NCBI GenBank assembly: GCA_964520525.1
Contig: CAZFNR010000007.1
Span: 3,968 to 67,967, forward strand
Direction: 5' to 3'
Source: an uncultured Muribaculaceae bacterium
GTDB taxonomy: Bacteria > Bacteroidota > Bacteroidia > Bacteroidales > Muribaculaceae
Length of the DNA stretch: 64,000 nt
Shown in pieces: positions 1-9,249 of this stretch (positions are counted from its first letter, which is position 1; each line of letters begins with the position of its first letter). Position numbers and translations under genes: made by a program. The notes beneath the pieces are model-generated. The model saw only the letters and a list, made by a program, of their open reading frames with translations, ran no database searches and had not been told where the DNA came from.

Positions 1-356
1 CCAAGGTCAACTCAGAGATTAACGGTATTGGCAACACGGTGTTCTATGCGGGCGATATGAAGGATGTGTTAACACGCGAATTTGTTGCAGAACATGGCCG
101 TCCTGATGTTATGATTGTCGATCCACCAAGAGCCGGGATGCACACCGATGTCATCGACGTGATTCTCGACACGGCACCGCATCGCATAGTTTATGTAAGT
201 TGTAATCCGGCCACCCAGGCTCGCGATTTAGCATTGCTCGATGTCAAATATAAGGTTGTTAATATCCAGCCGGTTGATATGTTTCCTCACACTCAGCACG
301 TTGAAAATGTTGCTACGTTAGAAATAAGAGGCACTCAAGAGTGTCCGGCTGAATGA
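1..356 (+). CDS. rlmD: 23S rRNA (uracil-5-)-methyltransferase, RumA/RlmD family, C-terminal fragment (5' end lies outside the window)
   Basis: The frame is open to the 5' window edge, with stop TGA at 354-356. SAM-methyltransferase motifs IVDPPRAGM, VYVSCNPATQARDL and PVDMFPHTQHVE are present. Confidence 0.8.
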   Translation, partial: KVNSEINGIGNTVFYAGDMKDVLTREFVAEHGRPDVMIVDPPRAGMHTDVIDVILDTAPHRIVYVSCNPATQARDLALLDVKYKVVNIQPVDMFPHTQHVENVATLEIRGTQECPAE

Positions 357-722
357 ATATTCACAAGGCAATTTGATTATTTGGAATAATCAAGTCCAAA
401 CTGTTGAAATTCATTAGACTTATGGTAGTCTATAACATTAATAATCTCCACTATGTAAATGGTTTAACCGACGGATTCAATGATTATGCGGAACAACTAA
501 CAAATTAATATGTCGGAGAGCTGCCGATGCAGGAATGAGGAGGAATCCTGCCAATTAACAAATCAGGATATCATCCTGATAAATTGACGTTAGAGCGATA
601 CCATCGAGCTAATGGTACAGTTATAAGATGTTGAACAGGATTCGGTAGACTGATGGTGGCAAAAACGTGGTCAACGTTAAAACGGCCAAGAAGCTAAACT
701 ATAAAATAAAGTTGTTAGAATA

Positions 723-1106
723 ATGGAACTCGGAATAAAAGAGGGTATCTTATTGGCTGATAGATTTGTAGTAAGAGCCGATATGTCGGCCAAATCAGTT
801 GGGTCAGGCGACCTTGAAGTGCTTGCCACGCCGACATTGATTGCCATGCTCGAAAATGTCGCTATGCGAGTTGTTGCCGACTTGTTGCCAGAGGGCTCAA
901 CAACAGTTGGCGGGTATGTCGAATTGTCACACCTTAAACCTACTCCGGTCGGAGCCGAAGTTATTGTCGAAGCTCGATTAGAGAAGGTAATGGAGCGTAA
1001 ATTGCACTTTAAATTGATAGCTACTGAAGGTGGGACGACCATCGGTGATGGCACTCATATCAGGTTCATTGTCGACCGACTGAAATTTATTGGCAAAATG
1101 TCATAG
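723..1106 (+). CDS. small hotdog-fold thioesterase (FlK-like)
   Basis: 127-aa ORF starting at ATG 723. It resembles FlK-type thioesterases over its whole length (SVGSGDLEVLATPTLIAMLE, HLKPTPVGAEV, GDGTHIRFIV). Confidence 0.75.
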   Translation: MELGIKEGILLADRFVVRADMSAKSVGSGDLEVLATPTLIAMLENVAMRVVADLLPEGSTTVGGYVELSHLKPTPVGAEVIVEARLEKVMERKLHFKLIATEGGTTIGDGTHIRFIVDRLKFIGKMS

Positions 1107-1541
1107 GCTTGAGTTATAGAAAACCTGATTACCAGTCACTTCCTCTCCTACAAAGTGAGGTAACTCAATTTTTTCGTTTTCGTTATCAAGTTCAATTTCT
1201 GCTATAGTTGCAGTTCCCGAGGGTTTAGAAAATTCATCTATCTCCCACATTTTGCCGGCATAATCTATGATCCATCTCGTTTTTTCGATTATGTTTCCTT
1301 CGCAAATTTCAAGCATTTCTTTGGCATCATTGATAGGTATCGGATATTCCCATTCATGTCGGGTCGCATTGACAGTAACGCTTTTGACCGTTATTCTCGC
1401 ATGGTCATCTATTATGCGGATTCTGACAGTGGCGTCTTTGCGGCGCGACAGGTAACCTTGAGAGATATGATGCTTTCGCAAAGCGAGCTTCTTATAAGAT
1501 TCGTCGTTGACGAGAAACTTTCGTTCTATTTCCAGAGCCAT
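1101..1541 (-). CDS. CYTH domain protein (triphosphate tunnel metalloenzyme, CyaB/ThTPase-like)
   Basis: 146 aa, starting MALEIERKFLV, which carries the ExExK CYTH signature. Its stop overlaps the stop of the convergent thioesterase gene by 6 nt. Confidence 0.8.
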   Translation of the reverse strand: MALEIERKFLVNDESYKKLALRKHHISQGYLSRRKDATVRIRIIDDHARITVKSVTVNATRHEWEYPIPINDAKEMLEICEGNIIEKTRWIIDYAGKMWEIDEFSKPSGTATIAEIELDNENEKIELPHFVGEEVTGNQVFYNSSL

Positions 1542-1584
1542 TGGTAATCTGTTTATTGATGTCGATTATTACGGTAATAATGTT

Positions 1585-1592
1585 TAACTTTG
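1585..1592 (+). promoter_or_regulatory. Bacteroidota -7 promoter box (TAACTTTG) for the DUF5686 gene
   Basis: Exact TAnnTTTG match about 50 nt upstream of the start. It is part of an 18-nt palindrome. Confidence 0.5.
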
Positions 1593-1600
1593 CAAAGTTA
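1593..1600 (-). promoter_or_regulatory. Bacteroidota -7 promoter box (TAACTTTG) for the CYTH gene
   Basis: This is the other half of the palindrome ttaactttgcaaagttaa. It lies 52 nt upstream of ATG 1541 on the minus strand. Confidence 0.45.
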
Positions 1601-1640
1601 ACAGAAATCAATGAAGTGGTTTCTTCATTAGGCTTACAAT

Positions 1641-4229
1641 TTGGTGAAAAGATTTATAATAAATATCTTAATCGCTTTATTTGTTACAATCGGTTCGGTA
1701 AATAGTAGAGCGGCTGACTGCAGCATTGCCGGAGATGCCGAGCATTTATCGACCGTGAGGGTGCGAATTGCCGTTACCGATAGTCTTAGCGGGCAACCTA
1801 TTCCGTATGTCGCCGTTATGCTTCAAGGCAACCAGGGAGGGGTGTTGGCCAACGAAAAAGGCTTGGCCACAGTGTTTGTGAATCCGTCGGCTCGCAATGT
1901 TATAGAAGTGCAGACCATGGGGTACTCGACAAAAATCGTTGAGATACCAAAAGGGAAAAAGTCAATCAGTGTAGCTCTTGCTCCAACCGGAGTGAAACTG
2001 AAAGAGGTGGTTGTGAAACGAACCAAAGAAAAATATTCAAAGAAAAACAATCCGGCTGTCAGGTTTGCAGAGTCAATAAAAAGAGCTCGTGATTTAACTG
2101 ATCCTCGCCGTCATGACAATTACAATTATGACAAGTATGAGCGCATCACTATGGCGATAAATCAGTTTGACGAGGGCAAGCGGGAGAATTGGTTATTTAA
2201 TAAGTTTCCATTCTTGAATGAGCACGTCGACACTTCCGAGGTGTCAGGACAGCCTATATTAAATCTGTCCGTTAGAGAGAAAACGTCGCAAGTGTCATAT
2301 CGTCGTGACCCGGAATCTGAAAAAGAGTATGTGACAGGGCGACGTCATGAAGGTATTGATGACTTGATGTCAAATCAAGAGAATGTTCAGAAAGCATTGG
2401 AAGATGTTTTCAGAGAGGTTGATTTGTATCAGAATGACATAACCATTTTGCAGAATCGCTTTGTCAGCCCATTGTCGAGGATTGCGACTGACTTTTACAA
2501 ATTCTATCTGACCGATACAGTTGATGTCGAAAGTGAGCGTTGTATAGTGTTGAGTTTCGCTCCTCATAATCCACAAGCATTTGGATTCATAGGACGTGTT
2601 TATGTACCTGAAGGAGACTCGACCATGTTTATTAAGAAAGTTGAGATGAACGTGCCTCGCGACATAAATCTCAATTTCATACAAAAAATGTACATCAACC
2701 AGCAGTTTGAACGTGCGTCAGATGGCTCGCGCCTAAAAACAAAGGACGACATGATAGTCGAAGTCTTGATTCTGCCGGGTACTCCTGGTTTGTATTTCCG
2801 TCGCAATACCGCCTACCGCAACCATAATTTCGAGTTAACCGACCGTCAGGCTCTATTTGATAAGCCCGAAAACACAATCGTGGATTCTGCCGCCGATCTG
2901 CGAGATGAAACATTCTGGGCATCGGAACGCCAGTTTGATATATCCGATAACGAACTCCGGGTGGGGTCGATGATGGAACGTTTGAGGTCTGTGCCCGTTT
3001 ATTACTGGAGCGAACGGACTTTGAAGCTGTTGATGTCAGGATATATCCACACAGGCAAGAAAAGCCCTGTTGACATAGGCCCGATAGGTAAATTTCTCAG
3101 TGGGAACTCAATCGAGGGATTCCGTATGCAATTGGGGGGATTGACCACAGCAAGCTTAAGTAAGCGCTGGTTTGCGAGAGGTTATGCGGCATATGGGTTC
3201 ACGGATAAGCGTTTTAAATATTCAGGTGAGTTGGAGTATTCTTTTATTGATAAGAAATACCATGCCCGCGAGTTCCCGATAAAGTCGATAAAGATGCGTC
3301 ATTCCTATGATGTCGATGAGATAGGGCAGGGGTCGTCATATTACTCCAATATGGATATGATTTTTTCCTCGTTCACACGTATGGACAACAACCAGATGAC
3401 ATATAAACGTGAATCGGAACTTGAATATGTGCTTGAGCTTGCAAACCATTTTTCAATCGAGACGGGTATGAAATACACAAGGCAGGAGGCAACCGCACTT
3501 ATGCCTTTTATCACCGGCGATGGGCGCAGCTATTGGAAATATGATCAAGCGACTTTCAATGTTAAGTTGCGTTATGCACCGGGTGAGAAATTCTATCAAG
3601 GCAAGAGTGAGCGTCAACCTATTAACATGGATGCGCCTGTGTTTACTCTCAGCCATAGTTTCGGGCCGATGAACTTCCTTGGAAGTCAGTGGACAATTAA
3701 CAAGACCGAGGCGAGTGTATTCAAACGCTTTTGGTTTTCAGCCTTCGGATATGCCGATATCGTTGTCAAAGGAGGTCACGTCTGGAATCAAGCACCATAT
3801 CCCAATCTGTTAATTCCGACGGCCAACATCACTTATCTCATCCAACCAGAGACATTTGCATTGCTCAATCCGCTTGAGTTTATAACCGACACTTACGGAA
3901 TATGGGATTTAACATATTGGGCCAATGGGGCGATTTTCAATTACATACCATTTTTGAAAAAATTAAAATTGCGTGAGGTCATATCGTTTAGGGGAGTTGT
4001 GGGACATCTCAGTATGAAAAACGACCCAAAGTTCCATAATAATCTGTACAGATTCCCTGAGATTTCAAACACACAACGACTTGGCTCGACCCCTTATATG
4101 GAGGTCGCTGTGGGTCTTGATAACGTTTTCCGCATATTCCGTGTTGATTATGTGTGGAGACTCACTTACCGAGATGCACCAGGCATAGACCGAACCGGCT
4201 TGAGGATGTCACTCCATTTCACATTCTGA
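1641..4229 (+). CDS. DUF5686-type outer-membrane protein with N-terminal carboxypeptidase-regulatory-like domain
   Basis: 862 aa with a signal-like N-terminus (ALFVTIGSVNSRA) and a CarboxypepD_reg-like segment (VRIAVTDSLSGQPIPYVAVML ... VQTMGYSTKIVEI). The long aromatic-rich C-terminal part ends in F, which is beta-barrel-like. The start is TTG 1641 or GTG 1644, about 50 nt downstream of a TAACTTTG box. Confidence 0.6.
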   Translation: MVKRFIINILIALFVTIGSVNSRAADCSIAGDAEHLSTVRVRIAVTDSLSGQPIPYVAVMLQGNQGGVLANEKGLATVFVNPSARNVIEVQTMGYSTKIVEIPKGKKSISVALAPTGVKLKEVVVKRTKEKYSKKNNPAVRFAESIKRARDLTDPRRHDNYNYDKYERITMAINQFDEGKRENWLFNKFPFLNEHVDTSEVSGQPILNLSVREKTSQVSYRRDPESEKEYVTGRRHEGIDDLMSNQENVQKALEDVFREVDLYQNDITILQNRFVSPLSRIATDFYKFYLTDTVDVESERCIVLSFAPHNPQAFGFIGRVYVPEGDSTMFIKKVEMNVPRDINLNFIQKMYINQQFERASDGSRLKTKDDMIVEVLILPGTPGLYFRRNTAYRNHNFELTDRQALFDKPENTIVDSAADLRDETFWASERQFDISDNELRVGSMMERLRSVPVYYWSERTLKLLMSGYIHTGKKSPVDIGPIGKFLSGNSIEGFRMQLGGLTTASLSKRWFARGYAAYGFTDKRFKYSGELEYSFIDKKYHAREFPIKSIKMRHSYDVDEIGQGSSYYSNMDMIFSSFTRMDNNQMTYKRESELEYVLELANHFSIETGMKYTRQEATALMPFITGDGRSYWKYDQATFNVKLRYAPGEKFYQGKSERQPINMDAPVFTLSHSFGPMNFLGSQWTINKTEASVFKRFWFSAFGYADIVVKGGHVWNQAPYPNLLIPTANITYLIQPETFALLNPLEFITDTYGIWDLTYWANGAIFNYIPFLKKLKLREVISFRGVVGHLSMKNDPKFHNNLYRFPEISNTQRLGSTPYMEVAVGLDNVFRIFRVDYVWRLTYRDAPGIDRTGLRMSLHFTF

Positions 4230-4249
4230 TTACTTTTTAGAATAAAAAA

Positions 4250-4273
4250 GTCCCGGGGCGCAAACCCCGGGAC
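4250..4273 (-). terminator. rho-independent terminator of the EF-G paralog (possibly bidirectional)
   Basis: Perfect 9-bp GC-rich stem gtcccgggg/ccccgggac with a 6-nt loop. On the minus strand it is followed by TTTTTTATT. It lies between convergent stops at 4229 and 4302. Confidence 0.75.
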
Positions 4274-4301
4274 GTGACTAAAGCATATATTACAACGAGG
4301 A

Positions 4302-6458
4302 TTATTCCTCGGCGTTCTTCTCAGCATACTCTTTGAGTAGTTTCTCCTGCACATCGCTCGGTACGAGTTCATAAGATGCGAATTTCATAGTAAACGATGA
4401 GCGTCCGCCGGTGATGGAGCTAAGAGCGGTTGAGTAGGATGACATCTCTTTCAAAGGCACCTTGGCTGAAAGTTTCTCAAAGCCGTTTTCACTTGACATA
4501 CCCATTATTATCGCGCGCCGTCCCTGAAGGTCGCTCATCACGTCACCCATCACGTCGGCAGGCACCATGACATCCACGTCATAGACAGGTTCGAGAATCT
4601 TGGGATTGGCATTACGGAACGCTTCGCTGAAAGCATTGCGGCCTGCCAGACGGAATGATATTTCATTTGAATCAACCGGGTGCATTTTACCGTCGTAGAT
4701 ACATACACGGACATCACGGGCATATGAGCCAGTGAGCGGACCTTGTTCCATGCGGTCCATCAGGCCTTTTACTATCGCTGGGATGAAACGTGCGTCAATA
4801 GCACCTCCAACGATACAATTATGAACCACAAGCTTGCCGCCCCAATCCAACGGTATCTCCTGAGTGTCACGAACATTCATTTTAAACTCTTGGTTGCCGA
4901 AACGATATGTATCGGGTGCGGGCATCCCCTCGGTATATGGTTCTATAATCAGATGAACCTCGCCAAATTGTCCGGCACCTCCTGATTGTTTCTTGTGGCG
5001 GTAGTCGGCGCGTGACGCCTTTGTAATAGTCTCGCGGTATGGAATCTTTGGTTCTTCAAAGATAATAGGAAGTTTGTCGTTATTTTCCACTCGCCATTTG
5101 AGCGTGCGCAGGTGGAATTCGCCTTGTCCTGAAAGAATAGTTTGTTTCAGCTCTTTAGATTGCTCCACTTGCCATGTCGGGTCTTCCTCATGCATACGGG
5201 TGAGAATCGCACTGAGTTTTTCTGCGTCACTTTCAGTGACCGGACGTATCGCACGCTGATATTTAGGCGCAGGGAACTTGATAAAGTCAAAAGCGATTTC
5301 ACAGCCTTTCTCGTCAAGAGTGTTGCCTGTGCGGGCATCTTTAAGCTTTACTGCCGCGCCGATGTCACCGGCACAGATTGCATCGACAGGTGTTTTGATT
5401 TGACCGCATACACAATAAATCTGCGCCAAGCGTTCCTTGCCTCCGCGTGTAACGTTTTCAAGGTCAGCACCGACTTTTAAAGTTCCGGACATTACTTTAA
5501 AGTAGCTCACTTCACCGATGTGTGGCTCAACAGTAGTCTTGAACATGAAGATACTTAACGGTCCGTTTGGGTCTGGTTTCACGGTTTTGCCCGTTGTGTC
5601 GACCGGGGCCGGCATATCGTTGACAAAGGGAACGACATTGCCAAGGAATTCCATCATGCGCCGTACACCCATATCTTTCAATGCGCTCACACAGAAAACA
5701 GGGAATATCGAGCGGTCAATCAAGCCTTTTCGTATGCCTTCGCGCATCTCGTCTTCAGTCAAGTGACCCTGGTCAAAGAATTTTTCCATAAGAGTCTCGT
5801 CGTTTTCAGCTGCTGCTTCGACGAGCTGCTGGTGCATTTCTTGGGCGCGCTCCATCTGGTCGGCAGGAATCTCCTCGATTGTAGGCACACCACCATCAGG
5901 TCCCCACGAGTATTTTTTCATGAGGAGCACGTCGATCATGGCATTGAAGCCTGGACCGGCATTGATGGGATATTGGATAGGCACCACCTTGGGTCCGAAA
6001 ATCTCGCGCATTTGTTCAAGCACGTTGTCATAATCGGCTTTTTCACCATCGAGTTGGTTCATAGCGAAAATAACCGGTTTTTTGAGCGATGCTGTTGTGC
6101 GGAATATATTCTGAGTGCCGACTTCAACGCCATATTGAGCGTCTATGAGAATAACACCGGTGTCGGTTACATTGAGCGCGGTAATAGCATTACCGACAAA
6201 GTCGTCTGATCCCGGGCAGTCAATAACGTTGAGCTTCTTACCAAGGAACTCGGCATAGAAAACGGTTGAAAACACAGAGTAGCCATACTCTTTTTCAACC
6301 GGGAAATAGTCGCTGACGGTGTTCTTGCCGTCGATGGTGCCGCGGCGTTTTATAACTCCACACTCGTAAAGCATTGCTTCAGCGAGTGTGGTTTTTCCCG
6401 AGCCTTTGCTACCAAGCAAAGCTATGTTTTTGATTTCGTTGGTCTGATAAACCTTCAT
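4302..6458 (-). CDS. elongation factor G paralog (EF-G2-like, non-canonical GTPase motifs)
   Basis: 718 aa of EF-G length and domain order. G1 reads GSKGSGKTT and G3 reads DCPGSDDF instead of DxPGHxDF. The gene stands alone, outside any str-operon context. Confidence 0.85.
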   Translation of the reverse strand: MKVYQTNEIKNIALLGSKGSGKTTLAEAMLYECGVIKRRGTIDGKNTVSDYFPVEKEYGYSVFSTVFYAEFLGKKLNVIDCPGSDDFVGNAITALNVTDTGVILIDAQYGVEVGTQNIFRTTASLKKPVIFAMNQLDGEKADYDNVLEQMREIFGPKVVPIQYPINAGPGFNAMIDVLLMKKYSWGPDGGVPTIEEIPADQMERAQEMHQQLVEAAAENDETLMEKFFDQGHLTEDEMREGIRKGLIDRSIFPVFCVSALKDMGVRRMMEFLGNVVPFVNDMPAPVDTTGKTVKPDPNGPLSIFMFKTTVEPHIGEVSYFKVMSGTLKVGADLENVTRGGKERLAQIYCVCGQIKTPVDAICAGDIGAAVKLKDARTGNTLDEKGCEIAFDFIKFPAPKYQRAIRPVTESDAEKLSAILTRMHEEDPTWQVEQSKELKQTILSGQGEFHLRTLKWRVENNDKLPIIFEEPKIPYRETITKASRADYRHKKQSGGAGQFGEVHLIIEPYTEGMPAPDTYRFGNQEFKMNVRDTQEIPLDWGGKLVVHNCIVGGAIDARFIPAIVKGLMDRMEQGPLTGSYARDVRVCIYDGKMHPVDSNEISFRLAGRNAFSEAFRNANPKILEPVYDVDVMVPADVMGDVMSDLQGRRAIIMGMSSENGFEKLSAKVPLKEMSSYSTALSSITGGRSSFTMKFASYELVPSDVQEKLLKEYAEKNAEE

Positions 6459-6634
6459 GCTATTATAGATTTAAAATAAGTTAAACTGGTTTAGACTTAT
6501 AATTGAGGGCGCAAAATAGGAAGTTTTTGTCAGAAATGCAACTTTTGGCTATATGTTGCATAACATGGTTTTTTAAAACAATTTTTGAAGTGTATAATTT
6601 TGACGCTTATTTTCACGATGTAGTAGGATTTGCG

Positions 6635-6642
6635 TAACTTTG
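6635..6642 (+). promoter_or_regulatory. candidate -7 box (TAACTTTG) for lon
   Basis: Exact TAnnTTTG match 86 nt upstream of ATG 6728. A second candidate, TAATTTTG, lies at 6595-6602. Confidence 0.4.
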
Positions 6643-6727
6643 GCATAAAATTTGCATATCGACAAGTAGTAATATTAATTTGTTATTCTGCAGAGAGTAA
6701 CGAATATGTAATTTTTAGACTGTAACA

Positions 6728-9154
6728 ATGAAGTTTTCACCTGACGAAGCCGCTGGCTTCTTCTCAATAAGCCCCGCACATCCGCAGAGCGACCAATCAG
6801 AATTACAACCCGACTTGCAACAGCTCCCGCTGTTGCCTACAAGAAATCTGGTTTTGTTTCCCGATGTGGCTATACCGATAACGCTTGGACGCGAGTCATC
6901 GCTTGCCACAGCTGAACATGCAGAACGTGACTCGTCGTTCATAGGCGTCGTGTGTCAGCTTGACAGCGGCGATGACAATCCCGAGCTGAAAGGGTTGTTC
7001 AAGTACGGTGTATTTGCACAAGTGCTCAAAGTGCTTACATTACCCGATGACACAAAAACCGCTCTTGTTCAAGCCCGTGGAAAATTTAAAATTATTGGGG
7101 AGGCGACAACGGTTGACGATGGTCACAAACGAGAGTTGCGAGCGCACGTCAAGCCTATAAGTGAGGTGATCCCAAAATCATCTGACCAGGAATTTATAGC
7201 ACTTGCCACTTCTATCAAGGACACAGCCACAAATATAATGAAGGCTACGGATTCGCCATCGGAGGTGATGTTCAATATCACCAACGTTGATAACCCCGCC
7301 TCTCTGATTAATATCCTATCATCTACTTTACCAATAAACCCCGAGGTAAAGATGAAACTGCTTGCTATGAGGTATATGCGTGAGCGCGGCGTGGCTTTGC
7401 TTGACGAACTGACACGCAACTCCGAGATGATCAACCTTACACGAGAGTTCCAAAAGCGAGCCAAAGAGAGTCTCGACGACAAACAACGAAGCGCATTTCT
7501 GCAACAGCAGATGGAGGCGATACGTGCAGAATTGTATGGTGATGACGATGAATCGGAAGGGCTGCGCAAACGAGCCGCAGAGATAGATTTTCCCGAGAAT
7601 GTCAGCAAGTTATTCAATAAGGAACTTGAGAAGTTGCGCCGAGTTAATCCGCAATCGCCCGACTATTCAGTGCAATACACCTATCTTGAAACTCTGCTTG
7701 ATTTGCCATGGGGGAAACTGACACCTCTGGTCGATGATATAACCCATGCAGCTGACGTGCTTAACAATGACCATTTCGGACTTGACAAGGTCAAAGAACG
7801 CATTCTTGAGCAAATGGCTGTGATGATTAATAACCCCGGTGGAAAGTCTCCTATTATATGCTTGGTGGGGCCTCCAGGAGTCGGTAAGACTTCACTGGGC
7901 CAATCAATAGCGCGCGCACTTGGCCGTAATTACCAACGGGTGGCACTTGGTGGCGTGAATGACGAGGCTGAAATACGCGGACATCGTCGCACATATATTG
8001 GTGCGATGCCCGGACGTATCATTGACGCGTTGAAACGTGCTGGATCTTCCAATCCTGTACTACTGCTTGACGAAATTGATAAACTCGGTCGGGACTTTAA
8101 GGGCGACCCTGCGGCCGCTCTGCTTGAAGTGCTTGACCCCGAGCAAAATTGCAAATTCCATGACAATTATGTCGACGTGGATTATGATTTGTCTAACGTG
8201 CTTTTCATCGCTACAGCTAACTCACTGTCGACGTTGTCGCAACCGCTGCTTGACCGAATGGAAATCATCGATATAGCGGGTTATCTGCTTGAAGAAAAGG
8301 TTCAAATCGCAAAACGCCATTTCATACCGAGGCTTACCGATGAGTTAAACACAGGTTGGCTTAACCTGCGATTCTCTGATGAAACGCTTGAAGCGATAAT
8401 CGACCGATACACCGCTGAAAGCGGTGTGCGTCAACTGGAGAAAAGGCTGTCGCAGATTATGAGGAAACGTCTGCTGGCCACCATGAGTGGAGACACTGTT
8501 GATTCTGCGATTAAACCCGATGATTTGCAGGGGATGCTTGGCGCACCGATTTTTAACCGTGACAAGTATGAAGGTAATGATTTCGCTGGTGTGGTCACAG
8601 GGCTTGCATGGACGGCCGTGGGAGGTGAAATACTATTCATTGAATCCTCATTGTCGTCGTCAAAAGGCGAGAAGCTGACATTGACGGGCAACCTTGGCGA
8701 TGTGATGAAGGAATCAGCAGTCATAGCGTTGCAATACGTCAAGTCACACTCGGCTCAATTCGGCATAAATCCTGAGTTGTTTGATAAATACACTTTACAT
8801 ATCCATGTTCCAGAAGGCGCTATTCCAAAGGATGGCCCCTCTGCAGGTATTACTATGGCCACATCTATCGTCTCGACTTTCACACAACGTAAGGTGAAAG
8901 CGCGGTTGGCTATGACCGGAGAAATTACGCTTAGGGGTAAAGTGTTGCCCGTGGGGGGGATAAAAGAGAAGATACTGGCAGCCAAACGGGCAGGCATTAC
9001 CGATATAATCCTGTCCGCGGATAACCGTAAAGATGTGGTAGATATCAGCGAGAACTATCTTTCGGGACTGACATTCCACTATGTGGATACTGTTATGGAC
9101 GTTATTGGGCTTGCGCTGACCGATGAACTGGCCGTTGACCATATCGATTTATAA
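6728..9154 (+). CDS. lon: ATP-dependent Lon protease (endopeptidase La)
   Basis: 808 aa with Walker A GPPGVGKTS, Walker B LLLDEIDK, the protease serine motif PKDGPSAG and an N-terminal LON domain. Confidence 0.95.
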   Translation: MKFSPDEAAGFFSISPAHPQSDQSELQPDLQQLPLLPTRNLVLFPDVAIPITLGRESSLATAEHAERDSSFIGVVCQLDSGDDNPELKGLFKYGVFAQVLKVLTLPDDTKTALVQARGKFKIIGEATTVDDGHKRELRAHVKPISEVIPKSSDQEFIALATSIKDTATNIMKATDSPSEVMFNITNVDNPASLINILSSTLPINPEVKMKLLAMRYMRERGVALLDELTRNSEMINLTREFQKRAKESLDDKQRSAFLQQQMEAIRAELYGDDDESEGLRKRAAEIDFPENVSKLFNKELEKLRRVNPQSPDYSVQYTYLETLLDLPWGKLTPLVDDITHAADVLNNDHFGLDKVKERILEQMAVMINNPGGKSPIICLVGPPGVGKTSLGQSIARALGRNYQRVALGGVNDEAEIRGHRRTYIGAMPGRIIDALKRAGSSNPVLLLDEIDKLGRDFKGDPAAALLEVLDPEQNCKFHDNYVDVDYDLSNVLFIATANSLSTLSQPLLDRMEIIDIAGYLLEEKVQIAKRHFIPRLTDELNTGWLNLRFSDETLEAIIDRYTAESGVRQLEKRLSQIMRKRLLATMSGDTVDSAIKPDDLQGMLGAPIFNRDKYEGNDFAGVVTGLAWTAVGGEILFIESSLSSSKGEKLTLTGNLGDVMKESAVIALQYVKSHSAQFGINPELFDKYTLHIHVPEGAIPKDGPSAGITMATSIVSTFTQRKVKARLAMTGEITLRGKVLPVGGIKEKILAAKRAGITDIILSADNRKDVVDISENYLSGLTFHYVDTVMDVIGLALTDELAVDHIDL

Positions 9155-9178
9155 TAAGTATGCACACATTAAAAGAAA

Positions 9179-9210
9179 ATGGCGACTCGAATTGAGCCGC
9201 CATTTTTTTA
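9179..9210. terminator. bidirectional terminator between lon and the DUF5606-like gene
   Basis: Stem atggcg/cgccat is followed by a run of seven T on the plus strand. On the minus strand it is flanked by ATTTTCTTTT. The flanking genes are convergent. Confidence 0.7.
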
Positions 9211-9249
9211 ATTAACAAAAGTTTCTGTATAATAAGTTGTTAACCGCGG

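Noticed and set aside
357-722. Possibility that the long spacer hides a tRNA, tmRNA, RNase P RNA, SRP RNA or a known riboswitch
   Set aside because: I could not find a T-loop GGTTCGAATCC-like box, a tmRNA tag reading frame or acceptor end, the RNase P GAGGAAAGTCC box, the SRP GGAA/AGCA motif, or the TPP, cobalamin or SAM core sequences. It is kept only as an unexplained structured spacer.
677-1054. 125-aa ORF antisense to the thioesterase gene
   Set aside because: The sense frame matches a hotdog thioesterase over its full length. The antisense ORF has no start context or motifs.
7123-7617. 164-aa Ser-rich ORF antisense to lon
   Set aside because: It is a shadow ORF within lon.
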